The translations under genes and the position numbers were made by a program. 64,000 nt of DNA. Origin: an uncultured Acidobacteriota bacterium (lineage in GTDB: Bacteria; Acidobacteriota; CAIWXX01). The notes beneath the pieces are model-generated. The model saw only the letters and a program-made list of their open reading frames with translations. It did not search any database and was not told where the DNA came from. Positions 18,073-28,359 of the stretch are shown one piece after another. The stretch lies in assembly GCA_903916735.1 (NCBI GenBank), contig CAIWXX010000120.1:75746-139745 (forward strand), in the 5' to 3' direction. The first letter of the stretch is position 1. Every line of letters begins with the position of its first letter.

Positions 18073-18586
18073 AAAATCCTACTATGATTCGCAGTGCGGG
18101 TAGAAAAAGTCGCAGCATGTTCGAGTGTGAAACATGAACGATGCTCGAATTTTCAGCCAGTTTGGTTCCAGACACATCCACACCTGGTGTGAACCGCATC
18201 GTTTTCCGCTGGCATAGTTCTTGCTCCACCTGAGTGAGAATGAAAATGCATATGAAGCTGGAATTCACATGATTGATTCCCGCTTATCTGATCCACAATC
18301 GCCGATTCGCAATATGTCTTTTCACCAGGAACACTCAACGGATGAGGGGTTGTCATGCGTCTCACAGACCATCAGTCATCGAGGTACTTCGGCTGAGTCT
18401 GTCATGAAGACACTCATGTCTCTTCCTTTGGTGACAACACCGACATTCTTGAACTCAATAGAAGGATGCCCAGCGCGGCTTAGGAACAACCTCGAACGGA
18501 TCGCTGGGCAATACAGGCCGGCCCGACCTCCGGGAAATAATTGGAGTTGGAGAAGATGTGCTAAGCGAAAGTGGCGCCAGGGGCTG

Positions 18587-19501
18587 TCAAAGGCGCCTCT
18601 TCCCGGTGTTTTTTTTATGACGGAGAACTGTGGTGATGCCCTGGAGGTCGGGCGGGAGCGGTGCATCGAATTGAACCGGATTCTGATTGGCCGGATGATT
18701 GAACCCCAGATGAGCGGCATGGAGAGCCAGCCGGGGGACAGGCGTCGGGTCGTGCTTGGGGTCTCCATAGAGTGAATCGCCCAGCACAGGGTGTCCCAGC
18801 CAGGTCAGGTGAACACGGACCTGGTGAGTGCGACCCGTACCAAGGGTGGCCTCGATGAGTGTCGCCACTCCGTATCGTTCGATCGGACGCACGCGCGTCT
18901 GTGCATTCTGAGCATCACGTGAGTGAGTGACAACGGCGCGCCGAGCGCCGGGCCGTGGGCGGCCGATCGCACGGTCAATGGCGCATTCTTCCTGCAGGTC
19001 ACCCTGGACAAGCGCCAGATAGCAACGGGAAATTGTGTGCACGCGAAACTGCCTCTGCAGAGAAGTCACTGCCGCGCCGGTCCGAGCCATCACCAGCAGG
19101 CCCGACGTATCACGATCAATCCGATGGACCACCAGAATCTTGCTATGATGACCCACGCGTCGCTTCACTTCATCAGTGACTCGGCTGATGAGTGTGTCCT
19201 TCTCCCGGTCCAAGGTCGGATGCACAAGCAATCCTGGGGGCTTATTGACGACGACGATGTGATCATCCAAAAAAACGATTTCGATGTTTCGCAACATGGC
19301 CTCAGGCACGCGGCGTGGTAGAGCCGGATCATGGGTGATGCGATCGGACGGGCCGAGCACGAGCCCGGGATCGGTGACAATTTCACTGTTGACCATCGCA
19401 TGCCCGACTTCGACTTCTCTTTTGGCGTGAGAGTAGGAAGATCCCAGTATCTGCTGGAGCGATCGTGCAAGGCGAACGGGCGAAGATCCTGAATGAATCA
19501 T
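18587..19501 (-). CDS. RluA-family 23S rRNA pseudouridine synthase (RluD-like) with N-terminal S4 domain
   Basis: HRIDRDTSGLLVMART catalytic Asp motif; THQVRVHL; 304 aa. Confidence 0.8.
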   Translation of the reverse strand: MIHSGSSPVRLARSLQQILGSSYSHAKREVEVGHAMVNSEIVTDPGLVLGPSDRITHDPALPRRVPEAMLRNIEIVFLDDHIVVVNKPPGLLVHPTLDREKDTLISRVTDEVKRRVGHHSKILVVHRIDRDTSGLLVMARTGAAVTSLQRQFRVHTISRCYLALVQGDLQEECAIDRAIGRPRPGARRAVVTHSRDAQNAQTRVRPIERYGVATLIEATLGTGRTHQVRVHLTWLGHPVLGDSLYGDPKHDPTPVPRLALHAAHLGFNHPANQNPVQFDAPLPPDLQGITTVLRHKKNTGKRRL

Positions 19502-19507
19502 GAATGA

Positions 19508-20830
19508 CTATTTATGTAATGTCACGGTGATAGTCTGGGCCGCTTTTTCCACTCGTGCCTTCTGAAACTCCCCGGTGACGCCGTCTGCTTTAAGCGATAC
19601 GGTCCCATCTTTGTCGAGCGCCGCGGGTTCTGCGGGGATTCCCGTGACTGTGAGTTTTCGCACACCGCTGAAAAGCGGGTGATCGCCGGCGGCTTCGCTG
19701 AGAGAGGCGCGGTTGAGAATTTCGACCGACCCGGTGGCATTCCCGAGCTTCACCCAACGCGTGTGGAGAATTTCCGTTTCCGTGACATGCACGACGTTCA
19801 AGGGGTCGAACCCGTTGGGCCAGAGTGGCTCTTCCCTCTCATTATTAATAATGATCTTCCATCCCGGTTGGCTCAGAAAATCCGCTCTCATCCCGGCTCG
19901 TCTCAATCCGACCTCATCGACATCAATTTTTGCTTTCGCCATGGCGGCCTCGGTTTCAACCGGCGTGAAAACGCAGGCCCTGACCGATTTCGCTTTCAAT
20001 GCCAGGGTCAGGATTTCATCGAGGATGGGCTTTGGGTAGCCTCCAGCTTCCAGCTTCGCAGACCAATCAGGGTCGAAGCGATCCAGGAGCTCCGCATAAG
20101 CCCTTCCAATCTCATAGCCGCTCTTTCGAATATCTTCGGCTGGAAAACCTTCTGGAGGAATCGCCGGGGTCTCCCCTAAGACACGAAATTGAAGATAGCA
20201 AGCCAGCCCCTCGTGGATCTCCGTTCCGCGTTCGTATTCGGCCGACGACGCGGGCATTTTGCCGAATCTTTCATGACGAAGAGCCACGGCGGCCGCTGCC
20301 CAGCACAGAGAATCCTCCGGCCTTTCGGAGGACAACGCTCTTCGAAGAGCTTCCGTTTCCAGACGGCGGAGTTGCAGCAGTGATGCATCCTGAATCGGAT
20401 AGACAAAAAGCTCCGCCTCATTGGCCGTCCAGTCGGGATGGCGCTCATCCTGAAACACATGAAAGGCTTCATGGATGGTGATCGCCGCGAGCTTGGGAAT
20501 CTGAATACTCGGGTCCATGATCACTGAAGCCGTCTTGATCTTGCCTAATTCAATCGATGTATTGGCTCGCACATCCGGATGTTGACCGGAGAAAACAAAG
20601 ACTCCATCAAATCCCTCGACCTTCGCGAATTCCATCGGCGGATTGATATGGTGGAAAAGATATGTGTTTTGGCCGTCATAGATGACGAGCGGAATGTTTC
20701 TAGGTTCGAATCCGGGCCAGAGAGGGGTCGCGGCCATCCGATTGTATTCGGCCACCAGAGCCCACGCGGGGCTCGGCGGCGTCAGTGCCGGAGAAGGGAT
20801 GAGAAGCACGGCCATCATTGCAGAAATCAT
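19508..20830 (-). CDS. Secreted putative zinc metallopeptidase (HEXXH motif), otherwise uncharacterised
   Basis: Signal peptide ...SPAWALVA; ITIHEAFHVF HExxH motif; 440 aa with no other recognised domains. Confidence 0.5.
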   Translation of the reverse strand: MISAMMAVLLIPSPALTPPSPAWALVAEYNRMAATPLWPGFEPRNIPLVIYDGQNTYLFHHINPPMEFAKVEGFDGVFVFSGQHPDVRANTSIELGKIKTASVIMDPSIQIPKLAAITIHEAFHVFQDERHPDWTANEAELFVYPIQDASLLQLRRLETEALRRALSSERPEDSLCWAAAAVALRHERFGKMPASSAEYERGTEIHEGLACYLQFRVLGETPAIPPEGFPAEDIRKSGYEIGRAYAELLDRFDPDWSAKLEAGGYPKPILDEILTLALKAKSVRACVFTPVETEAAMAKAKIDVDEVGLRRAGMRADFLSQPGWKIIINNEREEPLWPNGFDPLNVVHVTETEILHTRWVKLGNATGSVEILNRASLSEAAGDHPLFSGVRKLTVTGIPAEPAALDKDGTVSLKADGVTGEFQKARVEKAAQTITVTLHK

Positions 20831-21317
20831 CGGACTCCTCCTTCAGAATGCTAACGACCACAGTCGATTGGAGCACTCTTATGCTCTGCCAGTTTAACAC
20901 AGCAGGAGGAGTCGAAAGCAGTGTCAAAATGTGTTAGAAACGACAGGGGGGTTTAAATCCCTTTCGTGACGAAATAAAATTGCGGCATGAAGAGTCCATG
21001 CACAGCCGTTGGCCACTTATCAAGATCTGATCAATTTGCCTGAGCGTCTGATTGGCCAGATCATCGATGGTGATCTTGATTCAAGGCCGCGTGAAAGTCG
21101 GCAATAATGCACTGATTTTGAGAAATAGTAAAACAAAAAGTAAAAGGCGGAAATTTGGGGAGCAATCAGCTTCACACTTAGTCCGGCCTTTAATTCTTAT
21201 CGATCAGCCTGCCGCTGAGTAGATTTCCGCATCTCTCTCCGGATAGCTTTCGTGGAAATGCTCGAAAACAGCCGCACATTTTTGGTGATAAGGATCCGGC
21301 GAATAGGCGCGCGGCAG

Positions 21318-21608
21318 TCAGTTATCGAGCATGTCCGTGATTGCAAGTTTGAGCTGCGAGCGGGCGGAGGATTTCTGCCGCCAATTGAGGACGAGCAACT
21401 GTTTGAGTCTTGTCAGGAGCTCCCGCGCTACCTTTCCAATTTCGGCGCGTTCTTCCGTGGTCAGGTTCGGTGCAGGGCGAGTGAGGATGTCGAAGATGAC
21501 CAACTCCTCCTCCGTCATATTTTCGCGGACGTGGCGTTGCTGCTCGTCGGTCAGAATGCGGCTCAGTGCGATCAATTCGTTGAATAGTTTCTGAGTGTCG
21601 GCTCGCAA
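21318..21608 (-). pseudogene. Remnant of the type I restriction enzyme R subunit (HsdR) C-terminal domain
   Basis: 96-aa ORF (...EELVIFDILTRPAPNLTTEERAEIGKVARELLTRLKQLLVLNWRQK...) resembles the conserved HsdR C-terminal helical domain. There is no upstream helicase/nuclease portion. Confidence 0.5.
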
Positions 21609-21705
21609 GCCGCTTGTAGATGAAACCCTCCTATTGCGTATTTCACGCGAGATTGACCCCTGAGATAATTGCCGGACCTTCTTGAACGCATCGTTCTCAC
21701 GGAGT

Positions 21706-23000
21706 TCATGCCAAGACCTTGATCAGGATTTCCTTGCGCCCATCCAGGTACATCGCAGCTTTGGGCAAGATCACCCGGCGGTAAAGAAGGACCGAGAGTG
21801 CGAGCAGTGGGGCCATGACCCACCACGGCGGCCATGGGGACAGCCGTGCGGCCGCCACGTAGTTTCCCCGCCGAAAATCTGCACGCCGAGTGCCACGGCG
21901 GACCAGGCTACCACGATCCACATTGCGGGAGGCCGGGTCTGGTTCCTGCCCACTAACCCGCTCATGGGCAAACGCCACGGCATGCACGAGCTGATCCAGT
22001 GTCCAAAGGCCACTTGAAATGTGAACAGGCACCCCGATAGGCAAAGACCCGAGACAGCCTGTGCTGGACTGACGAGGCCGCTGAGGGCCATCGTCGCCAT
22101 GAACATCGCGGCCTGGACACCGCGCCGTAGATCGCAAGGCCGAGTGCCTTGCCCCCCAGCAGATCGTGGGAAGGGATGGGCAGAAGAAGAAGAGGCTTCA
22201 CGCCGGGGCCGTCGAGGCCGAATTGGTTGAGTTGCAGCGCATAGGCGCTGATGCTCAGAAGGGTGAAGGCTGCTGGGACGATCCAGATCATCGAATGGGA
22301 CAGCGGTCCCCTCATGAGTCCCAAGGATCCGAAGGAAATCATGAGGGACAAGACAAGGCCTGCCTTGCCTACGTGACTCCGCAGAAGCGTGCGGCAGCGC
22401 AGGGCCGCCACGCCATGACACTCCGGGAAGAGAAGGTCCACAGTCTTTGGTTCCCCGCCTTTGGGGGCCGGGCGCAACGCCTGCGGTTCTGCCTCGCGCT
22501 TCAGCACATGGGCAGTGCCCAGGAAAAGCAGAAACAGTGTACATGCCGGATATGCCTGCCGGATCAGGGCCAGGACCCGGCGACCTTCGAGTGCATCACC
22601 AATAACTCGAATGGATTGGGTGGATGGCATCGCATCGCATCGAGGATCTCCAGGAGGGTCGCGGTGGGCGGCGGGATCAAGCTCATGTTCGGATCGGATG
22701 TGAGCACAAAACCGATCCCGCCTAGAACGGCGATCAAGACCAGGGCCGTTCTAAAGTGCTTGACAACATGCGTCTTCAGGCTCGTCATAAGAAGGCGCAT
22801 GCCTAGGATTGCACTGACGGTACCCAGCCATGGCAGTAGGAGCAGGGGAAATATTCAAGGGTTCGCGATTCCAAGACCCAAGAGTAAGAACGTCGTGAGC
22901 AATGTGAATATAAGGGGCGCGAGGCTTCCGAGCACCAGGGGTACTGCGAGAAGAAACCCTAGCACGCCCAGAACGACCCCGTGGGCGGTGCTGCGCGACT
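21706..23000 (-). pseudogene. Frameshifted polytopic membrane permease (ABC-2-type-like)
   Basis: Hydrophobic Leu/Ala-rich coding runs through three reading frames (ORFs 22751-, 22564-, 21962-, 21771-, 21706-). It has at least three frameshifts and one in-frame stop. The plus-strand ORF 22166..23044 is Arg-rich antisense noise. Confidence 0.4.
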
Positions 23001-23165
23001 ATTCGAAATCCCTGAGATGGCGGCTCCAAGTGGTCTGGAGATGAACGATTGGCAAAGCGCGGATCGGAGAAACCACAGCCACGACAAGTCCCCGCTCTGA
23101 GCGCCTCCCACGAGATCCACGAACAGACTCTCCAGGCTCTCGGCACTGTCCCGGGCCCTCAGCTC
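23000..23165 (-). pseudogene. C-terminal remnant of an ABC transporter ATP-binding protein
   Basis: Hand translation gives ...LLSFGPIAELRARDSAESLESLFVDLVGG..., typical of the extreme C-terminus of ABC-2 ATPases. It is truncated upstream by the RhuM fragment. Confidence 0.3.
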
Positions 23166-23196
23166 CGCAATCGGGCCGAAGCTCAGGAGCCTACCT

Positions 23197-23646
23197 TCAT
23201 CCAGGATAGCGACGATAAGGCTGGTCGGAGTTTTTCATACGCTCGTCATCGAGGACGAAGCCCTTGACGATGAACTCACGGAGCTTTTGCGTTGCCCAGA
23301 TACGGAAGCGGATCGCGACGGCACTCTTGTTGCGGTAGCCGACCGAGATGATCATGTCGAGGTTATGGAATTCGAGCGACCGGCTGACTTGGCGGTGCCC
23401 CTCTTTCCGAACTATTAAGAATTCCTTAAGAGTTGTCGGTAGCGACAATTCGCCGTCTTCATAGACGTTTCGGATATGCATACTGATATTGGGAATCGTT
23501 GTCTGGAACAGCTCGGCCATATGCTGCTGGGTGAGCCAAACGGTCTCGTTCTCCAGCCGCACATCAATTTTCATCCGTCCGTCTTCAGTGGAATAGACCA
23601 GTAACTGACCCTTTGCGTTTGGGGTGGGGTCTTCTGGATCGTTCAT
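23197..23646 (-). pseudogene. N-terminal fragment of a RhuM-family protein (often found in type I RM loci), truncated at ~149 aa
   Basis: ...LLVYSTEDGRMKIDVRLENETVWLTQQHMAELFQTTIPNISMHIRNVYEDGEL...MIISVGYRNKSAVAIRFRIWATQKLREFIVKGFVLDDERMK matches the RhuM N-terminus. Full-length proteins are ~330 aa. Confidence 0.6.
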
Positions 23647-23772
23647 GAGGCGATCTCCTCTGGAACTCGATCGCTTACCATTTTCCCGACGTCATTGAGG
23701 TTTCCCTTTAAACCCACCCCTTTTGACGACGAATTGCCCCATATCCATTCATGCAATCTTCGTGACGTCCGA

Positions 23773-24525
23773 TCACCGCGTACTCATACTTCGGCTTTCC
23801 AGGATCATCCGCTCTTTGATCCTCGCCACATCGCGCGCCGAGAGTTCACGATACTCCCCGGGTTGAAGCGACCGCAGCTTGAAAGGGCCGATTGAAAGGC
23901 GCTTCAGCTTCTGCACAGGGTGGCCGATCTGGTCGAACATAATTCGTATCTGATTTTTCTTACCTTCCCTCAGCGTCAACTCCAGCCAGAGGTTCCCTTT
24001 GGGGCTATGCTCGACAATTCGCACACCCACCGGCTGGCAGCGCTCTCCCGCCACCACCGGGCCACGCGCAATCGATTCCAGCTTTCTCTCATCCGGTGTG
24101 CCGGTCACTTTCGCACTATAGATTTTCTCGATGCCAAAGCGCGGATGAGCCAACATCTGAGCGAATTCGCCGTCGTTGGTGAAGAACATAAGCCCGGTCG
24201 TGTGGTAGTCAAGCCTCCCGGCCATGAAAAATTTCAAGAACTCACGCGGCAGAATGTCGAAAACCGTGCGACGGCCAAAACGATCTCCCGAGGCCGAGGC
24301 CACTCCATCCGGCTTGTGGAAGAGGATGTATCGCACATGCTCGGGACCTCGACGAAGAGGTTTTCCATCGACTGTGATCTTGTCCACATCAGGATCCACC
24401 GTCATGCCCAGATGCTCGACGACCCGCCCATTGATCTTCACACGCCGCGCGACAATGAACTCTTCCGAATGTCGCCGCGAACCGAATCCGGCGTCTCTTA
24501 GCAGCTTCTGAAGCCTGATCCGCAT
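23773..24525 (-). CDS. RsuA/RluB-family pseudouridine synthase with S4 domain
   Basis: S4 domain RLQKLLRDAGFGSRRHSEEFIVARRVKINGRVV; catalytic GRLDYHTTGLMFFTNDG. Likely start at MRIRLQK (ORF track 24576). Confidence 0.8.
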   Translation of the reverse strand: MRIRLQKLLRDAGFGSRRHSEEFIVARRVKINGRVVEHLGMTVDPDVDKITVDGKPLRRGPEHVRYILFHKPDGVASASGDRFGRRTVFDILPREFLKFFMAGRLDYHTTGLMFFTNDGEFAQMLAHPRFGIEKIYSAKVTGTPDERKLESIARGPVVAGERCQPVGVRIVEHSPKGNLWLELTLREGKKNQIRIMFDQIGHPVQKLKRLSIGPFKLRSLQPGEYRELSARDVARIKERMILESRSMSTR

Positions 24526-24776
24526 GAGGTTAGTTCCAGGTTCGCGGTTTCCAGTGACCGGCGCCGTGCGTCTCATAAAGACACACTCCTATTCAGTGCC
24601 CAGGGAATCCTGTTGTCTGTTGCCATTAAACATCGACGTCGTCGAAGACGAAATGCCTCCATGTCCACGTTCGTAATGGTTATGGCGGAGGGCTGGAGGA
24701 TAAGACCCCGCCGAATACAATCGAGCATCTCCACCTCTACGCGCCGGGAACCGGGAGCCGGCAAATGGAAACGAGT

Positions 24777-25577
24777 TCATTCAACTTCAATTTTCTCGGC
24801 CTCCGGCATTGCATCCACCGGCTCGTCCGGTTCGCTCTGCTTTTCGGCCATGACCTGTTCAGTTTCCGCGCCGGTCATTTCATCGACAGGTGATTCACGG
24901 GGTTCCTCCCCTGATATCACCTCTTCACCAGCTAAAATCTCCACCGGCGTGTCCCAAGATTGATCGAGCTCACGCTGTTCGCCAGGTTGGCTCTCAGCCG
25001 CCGCCGCCGCCGTTTCGGCAGACTCCTCCAATAATTCAATCCCGCTCTGTTCGGCCAGGCTCTGGAACTCCTCGAGGCTCGGCAGATCTTTCAGACTGTT
25101 AAGCCCGAATCGATGGAGAAACTCCTTGCTGGTGCCATAGAGAATCGGGTTCCCGACAACTTTCTTTCGCCCCATGATACGGATGAGGTTTTTATCGAGC
25201 AGGGTTTTAATGACGCCGGTAGAATTGACTTTGCGCAGCGCCAGAATTTCGGGGAGAGTGATCGGCTGCTTGTAGGCGATGATGGCCAGAGTCTCCAGAG
25301 CTGCGAGCGTCAGGCGGTCCTGGTTCTTGGACTTGAGCATTTTTCGGATCCAGTCATCGGCCGAGGGGATCGTGAGGATCTGGTAGCCACCGGCCATCTG
25401 TCCCAGAATGAGGCCTCGTGTTCCGGATTCGAAATCCAGGTTGAGAGACCTTAGAGCCGCTTCCACTTCCTCCGGTGGATATTCATCCAGGATTCGCTGC
25501 AAATCCCGAAGGCTGAGCGGGTCGCTGCTGACGAAAATGAGTGCTTCGATCAGGGGCTTGATTTCTTCGACTGCCAT
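24777..25577 (-). CDS. scpB: Segregation and condensation protein B
   Basis: IEALIFVSSDPLSLRDL...GQMAGGYQILT...TLAALETLAIIAYKQPIT; acidic C-terminal tail. Confidence 0.85.
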   Translation of the reverse strand: MAVEEIKPLIEALIFVSSDPLSLRDLQRILDEYPPEEVEAALRSLNLDFESGTRGLILGQMAGGYQILTIPSADDWIRKMLKSKNQDRLTLAALETLAIIAYKQPITLPEILALRKVNSTGVIKTLLDKNLIRIMGRKKVVGNPILYGTSKEFLHRFGLNSLKDLPSLEEFQSLAEQSGIELLEESAETAAAAAESQPGEQRELDQSWDTPVEILAGEEVISGEEPRESPVDEMTGAETEQVMAEKQSEPDEPVDAMPEAEKIEVE

Positions 25578-25727
25578 TTTTTTGCTTTGCTCGATTCGTT
25601 CGCAAGGAGGAGAGCCGGACTGTGAAAGCTCAGCTCTTCAATTCCGAAGAATTAATCCTGATTGGATCCTCTGTGACTCCATTACGATTCGCGAACTCTC
25701 CTTCTATGAAATTTACCACACGTTCGT

Positions 25728-26450
25728 TCATTTCGTCCTGACGATCCTTATCTGCCCGAATGATCCGTTCTGGTAGACCTTGAGGAAGGATTGGCGGGCC
25801 AGTTCCAGAAGCGCCAGAAACGCCACAATCTGTTCCAGCCGATGAGTCAGCCCGCCGAAGTATCCGGTAAAATCCAGTGAGCCGTGTTCTTCGAGCAGGC
25901 CGCGGAGTTCCTCAAGTTTCTCCTCAACCGTGAAGAGAACCGGCGACAGCTCGACCGCCGGTTCACGTTCCTCTTTGAGGATCTCGAAAAAAGCAGTGGC
26001 CAGCTGGTAGGCGTTCATCTCGACAGGCTCGCCCGGAATTTCCTCAATAAAATCCCACCCAATACGGCCACGCGGCCAGCTGGATTGCCGGAGCTGCGCT
26101 CGCTCGGCCAGGAAATGGCCGACGGCCTTGAAACGCTGGTACTCGATGAGCTGCCGTACTAATTCCTCGCGGGGGTCTTCTTCGACGCCATCCTCACCGA
26201 TCACCGGACGTGGAAGCAGCATTCGGCTTTTGATGTGAATCAATGTGGCGGCCATGAGGAGGAACTCGCCTTCAACATCCAGGTTATGGTTTTGCAGCTG
26301 AGCGAGGTAGACCAGATATTGATCTGTCACGCGCGCAATAGGAATGTCGTAGATATCGATCTCTTCCTTCTTGATAAGATGGAGCAGCAGATCCAGAGGC
26401 CCTTCGAAGACCTCAAGCATCAGCCGGCAGGGGTGGCTCTCCTGGAGCAT
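25728..26450 (-). CDS. scpA: Segregation and condensation protein A
   Basis: FEGPLDLLLHLIKKEEIDIYDIPIARVTDQYL...EFLLMAATLIHIKSRMLLP. Confidence 0.85.
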   Translation of the reverse strand: MLQESHPCRLMLEVFEGPLDLLLHLIKKEEIDIYDIPIARVTDQYLVYLAQLQNHNLDVEGEFLLMAATLIHIKSRMLLPRPVIGEDGVEEDPREELVRQLIEYQRFKAVGHFLAERAQLRQSSWPRGRIGWDFIEEIPGEPVEMNAYQLATAFFEILKEEREPAVELSPVLFTVEEKLEELRGLLEEHGSLDFTGYFGGLTHRLEQIVAFLALLELARQSFLKVYQNGSFGQIRIVRTK

Positions 26451-26456
26451 CTGTCG

Positions 26457-27449
26457 CTACGCCTTGAGCAGGCCGATCGCCGCGCGGACCTGCTCCATCG
26501 TTTGCCGGGCGACCCGTCTGGCTCGATCGGCGCCCTGGTGCAAGACAGCCAGGATGCGGTCAGGGTGCATCAGCAGCTCATCTCGACGCCGCTTCATCGG
26601 ATCCATCACCGGGTGCATGCGGTCGAGCAAAACCTGTTTGCAATCGAGGCATCCCCAGCCGGCGGTGCGGCACAGATGTGCCACCTCTTCGCGTTTCTCA
26701 GGCTCAGTGAAAACTTTATGAAGATCGAAAACCGGACAATCTTCGGGCCCGCCCGGATCACTTCGTCGTTTGCGCCTCGGGTCCGTCATCATCTTGCGTA
26801 CCTTGCGATCCAGCTCGGCCGGATCTTCCGCCATGAAAATCGAATTGCCGTAGCTCTTGCTCATCTTCCGGCCATCAGTCCCACGGAGTTTCGGCGACGA
26901 CGATAGAAGCGTTTGAGGCTCGGGGAAGATGTTGCCATAGTAGTTGTTGAAGCGGCGCGTCACTTCGCGCGCCAGTTCGATATGAGGAACCTGGTCCTCA
27001 CCGACCGGCACGACTTCGGCCTTGTACAGAATGATGTCGGCCGTCTGCAGAACTGGATAGCCGAGAAACCCGTATGTCGACAGGTCTTTCCCGGCGAGCT
27101 CCTGCTGCTTCTCTTTGTAGGTCGGCACGCGTTCGAGCCATGGAATGGGAGTGATCATTGAAAGGATGAGGTGCAATTCAGCATGTTCCTGCACGTGGCT
27201 CTGGATGAAAAGTACTGATTTCTCCGGATCGAGCCCGGCGGAAAGCCAATCGGCAGCGACGGCGATCACCGCATCGGCCACCGTGTCCGAACTGTCATAG
27301 GCCGTCGTCAGAGCATGAAGATCGACGATACCATAAAAACATTCATAGGAATCCTGCAGCTGGACCCAGTTCTTCAGCGCTCCGAAGTAGTTGCCGAGAT
27401 GGAGCTGCCCGGTGGGCTGCATGCCGCTGAATATTCGTTTCATAGCCAC
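26457..27449 (-). CDS. trpS: Tryptophan--tRNA ligase
   Basis: Class I aaRS motifs: FSGMQPTGQLHLGNYFGA (HIGH-like) and KMSKS; 330 aa. Confidence 0.9.
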   Translation of the reverse strand: MAMKRIFSGMQPTGQLHLGNYFGALKNWVQLQDSYECFYGIVDLHALTTAYDSSDTVADAVIAVAADWLSAGLDPEKSVLFIQSHVQEHAELHLILSMITPIPWLERVPTYKEKQQELAGKDLSTYGFLGYPVLQTADIILYKAEVVPVGEDQVPHIELAREVTRRFNNYYGNIFPEPQTLLSSSPKLRGTDGRKMSKSYGNSIFMAEDPAELDRKVRKMMTDPRRKRRSDPGGPEDCPVFDLHKVFTEPEKREEVAHLCRTAGWGCLDCKQVLLDRMHPVMDPMKRRRDELLMHPDRILAVLHQGADRARRVARQTMEQVRAAIGLLKA

Positions 27450-28183
27450 TACCTCAATCCGAGAAGATTCAAAATGAAGCCGGCCACGGGGTTTATCACC
27501 TTCTGAAGGACTCCGAGATAAACGAGAAGATACAAGACGATGAAACCATAGGATTGGAAAGACATGAATTTGGCTGCAAGGTCGCGCGGCAGGAAGCAGG
27601 CGAGAACGGAGCTCCCATCCAATGGCTGAACAGGAATCATATTAAAAAGGGCCAGGTACAGGTTAATGATGCAGCTGTATTGAAGAATGAGGGATATCGG
27701 TTGAACGATCGGACTCGGCAGAAAGCCGTAATAAAGCCGCAGGAGATAAAAAGCGCCGGCAAAAATGCAGGCCATCGCCAGATTGCTCGCCGGCCCCGCC
27801 ACCGAAACAAGCATGTAGTCTCTTCTGGGTTGCCGCAAGTTCGTTGGGTTAACTGGAACAGGTTTGGCCCATCCGATAACAGGTGCGCCGATGATCGTGA
27901 GTATGATCGGAAGTATGACCGTGCCGAAAATGTCGATGTGACGCCAAGGGTTGAGAGAAATCCGCCCAAGCCGTTTGGCCGTCGGGTCGCCGAAGTAATT
28001 GGCTGTCGCCGCATGCGAAGATTCATGCACCGTGATCGCAAAAAGAAAAGTGGCCAATTCGATGACAATAATCCTGATATCAAATCTGCCCACAATATTC
28101 TCGCTCCAAACGCCCATACTAGCAACCGCCTCCGGGTGTGTCAAACCTGAGAACCGGCTGAGAGTGGAGTCGGAGCGGGGCAT
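27449..28183 (-). CDS. Site-2 protease family (M50) intramembrane metalloprotease
   Basis: HESSHAATANYFGDP (HExxH) and LALFNMIPVQPLDGSSV (NxxPxxxLDG); multiple TM helices. Confidence 0.8.
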   Translation of the reverse strand: MPRSDSTLSRFSGLTHPEAVASMGVWSENIVGRFDIRIIVIELATFLFAITVHESSHAATANYFGDPTAKRLGRISLNPWRHIDIFGTVILPIILTIIGAPVIGWAKPVPVNPTNLRQPRRDYMLVSVAGPASNLAMACIFAGAFYLLRLYYGFLPSPIVQPISLILQYSCIINLYLALFNMIPVQPLDGSSVLACFLPRDLAAKFMSFQSYGFIVLYLLVYLGVLQKVINPVAGFILNLLGLR

Positions 28184-28359
28184 CTGCAGTTAATCCAGAT
28201 ACAGTCATAAATTAAACCAAAGGAATGCAAAAATTGTTAGCCAAAGTTACAAATATTGTCAATATTTGGCAATGTTGTATTTGTAAATTATTGATTATTA
28301 ATGCAATGAACAGGCATGACTTTTGCTAGAAGTTCTTCTGAAGGGACGGGGGACTTCGA

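Noticed and set aside
18575-18620. GGCGCC...GGCGCC followed by T8, resembling a rho-independent terminator
   Set aside because: It lies inside the last codons of the RluD-like gene on the opposite strand (encoding ...KKNTGKRRL). GGCGCC is self-complementary, so the apparent stem is a coding coincidence.
22166-23044. 292-aa plus-strand ORF, the longest single ORF in the decayed island
   Set aside because: Extremely Arg-rich, low-complexity translation. It is the antisense shadow of hydrophobic membrane-protein coding on the minus strand.
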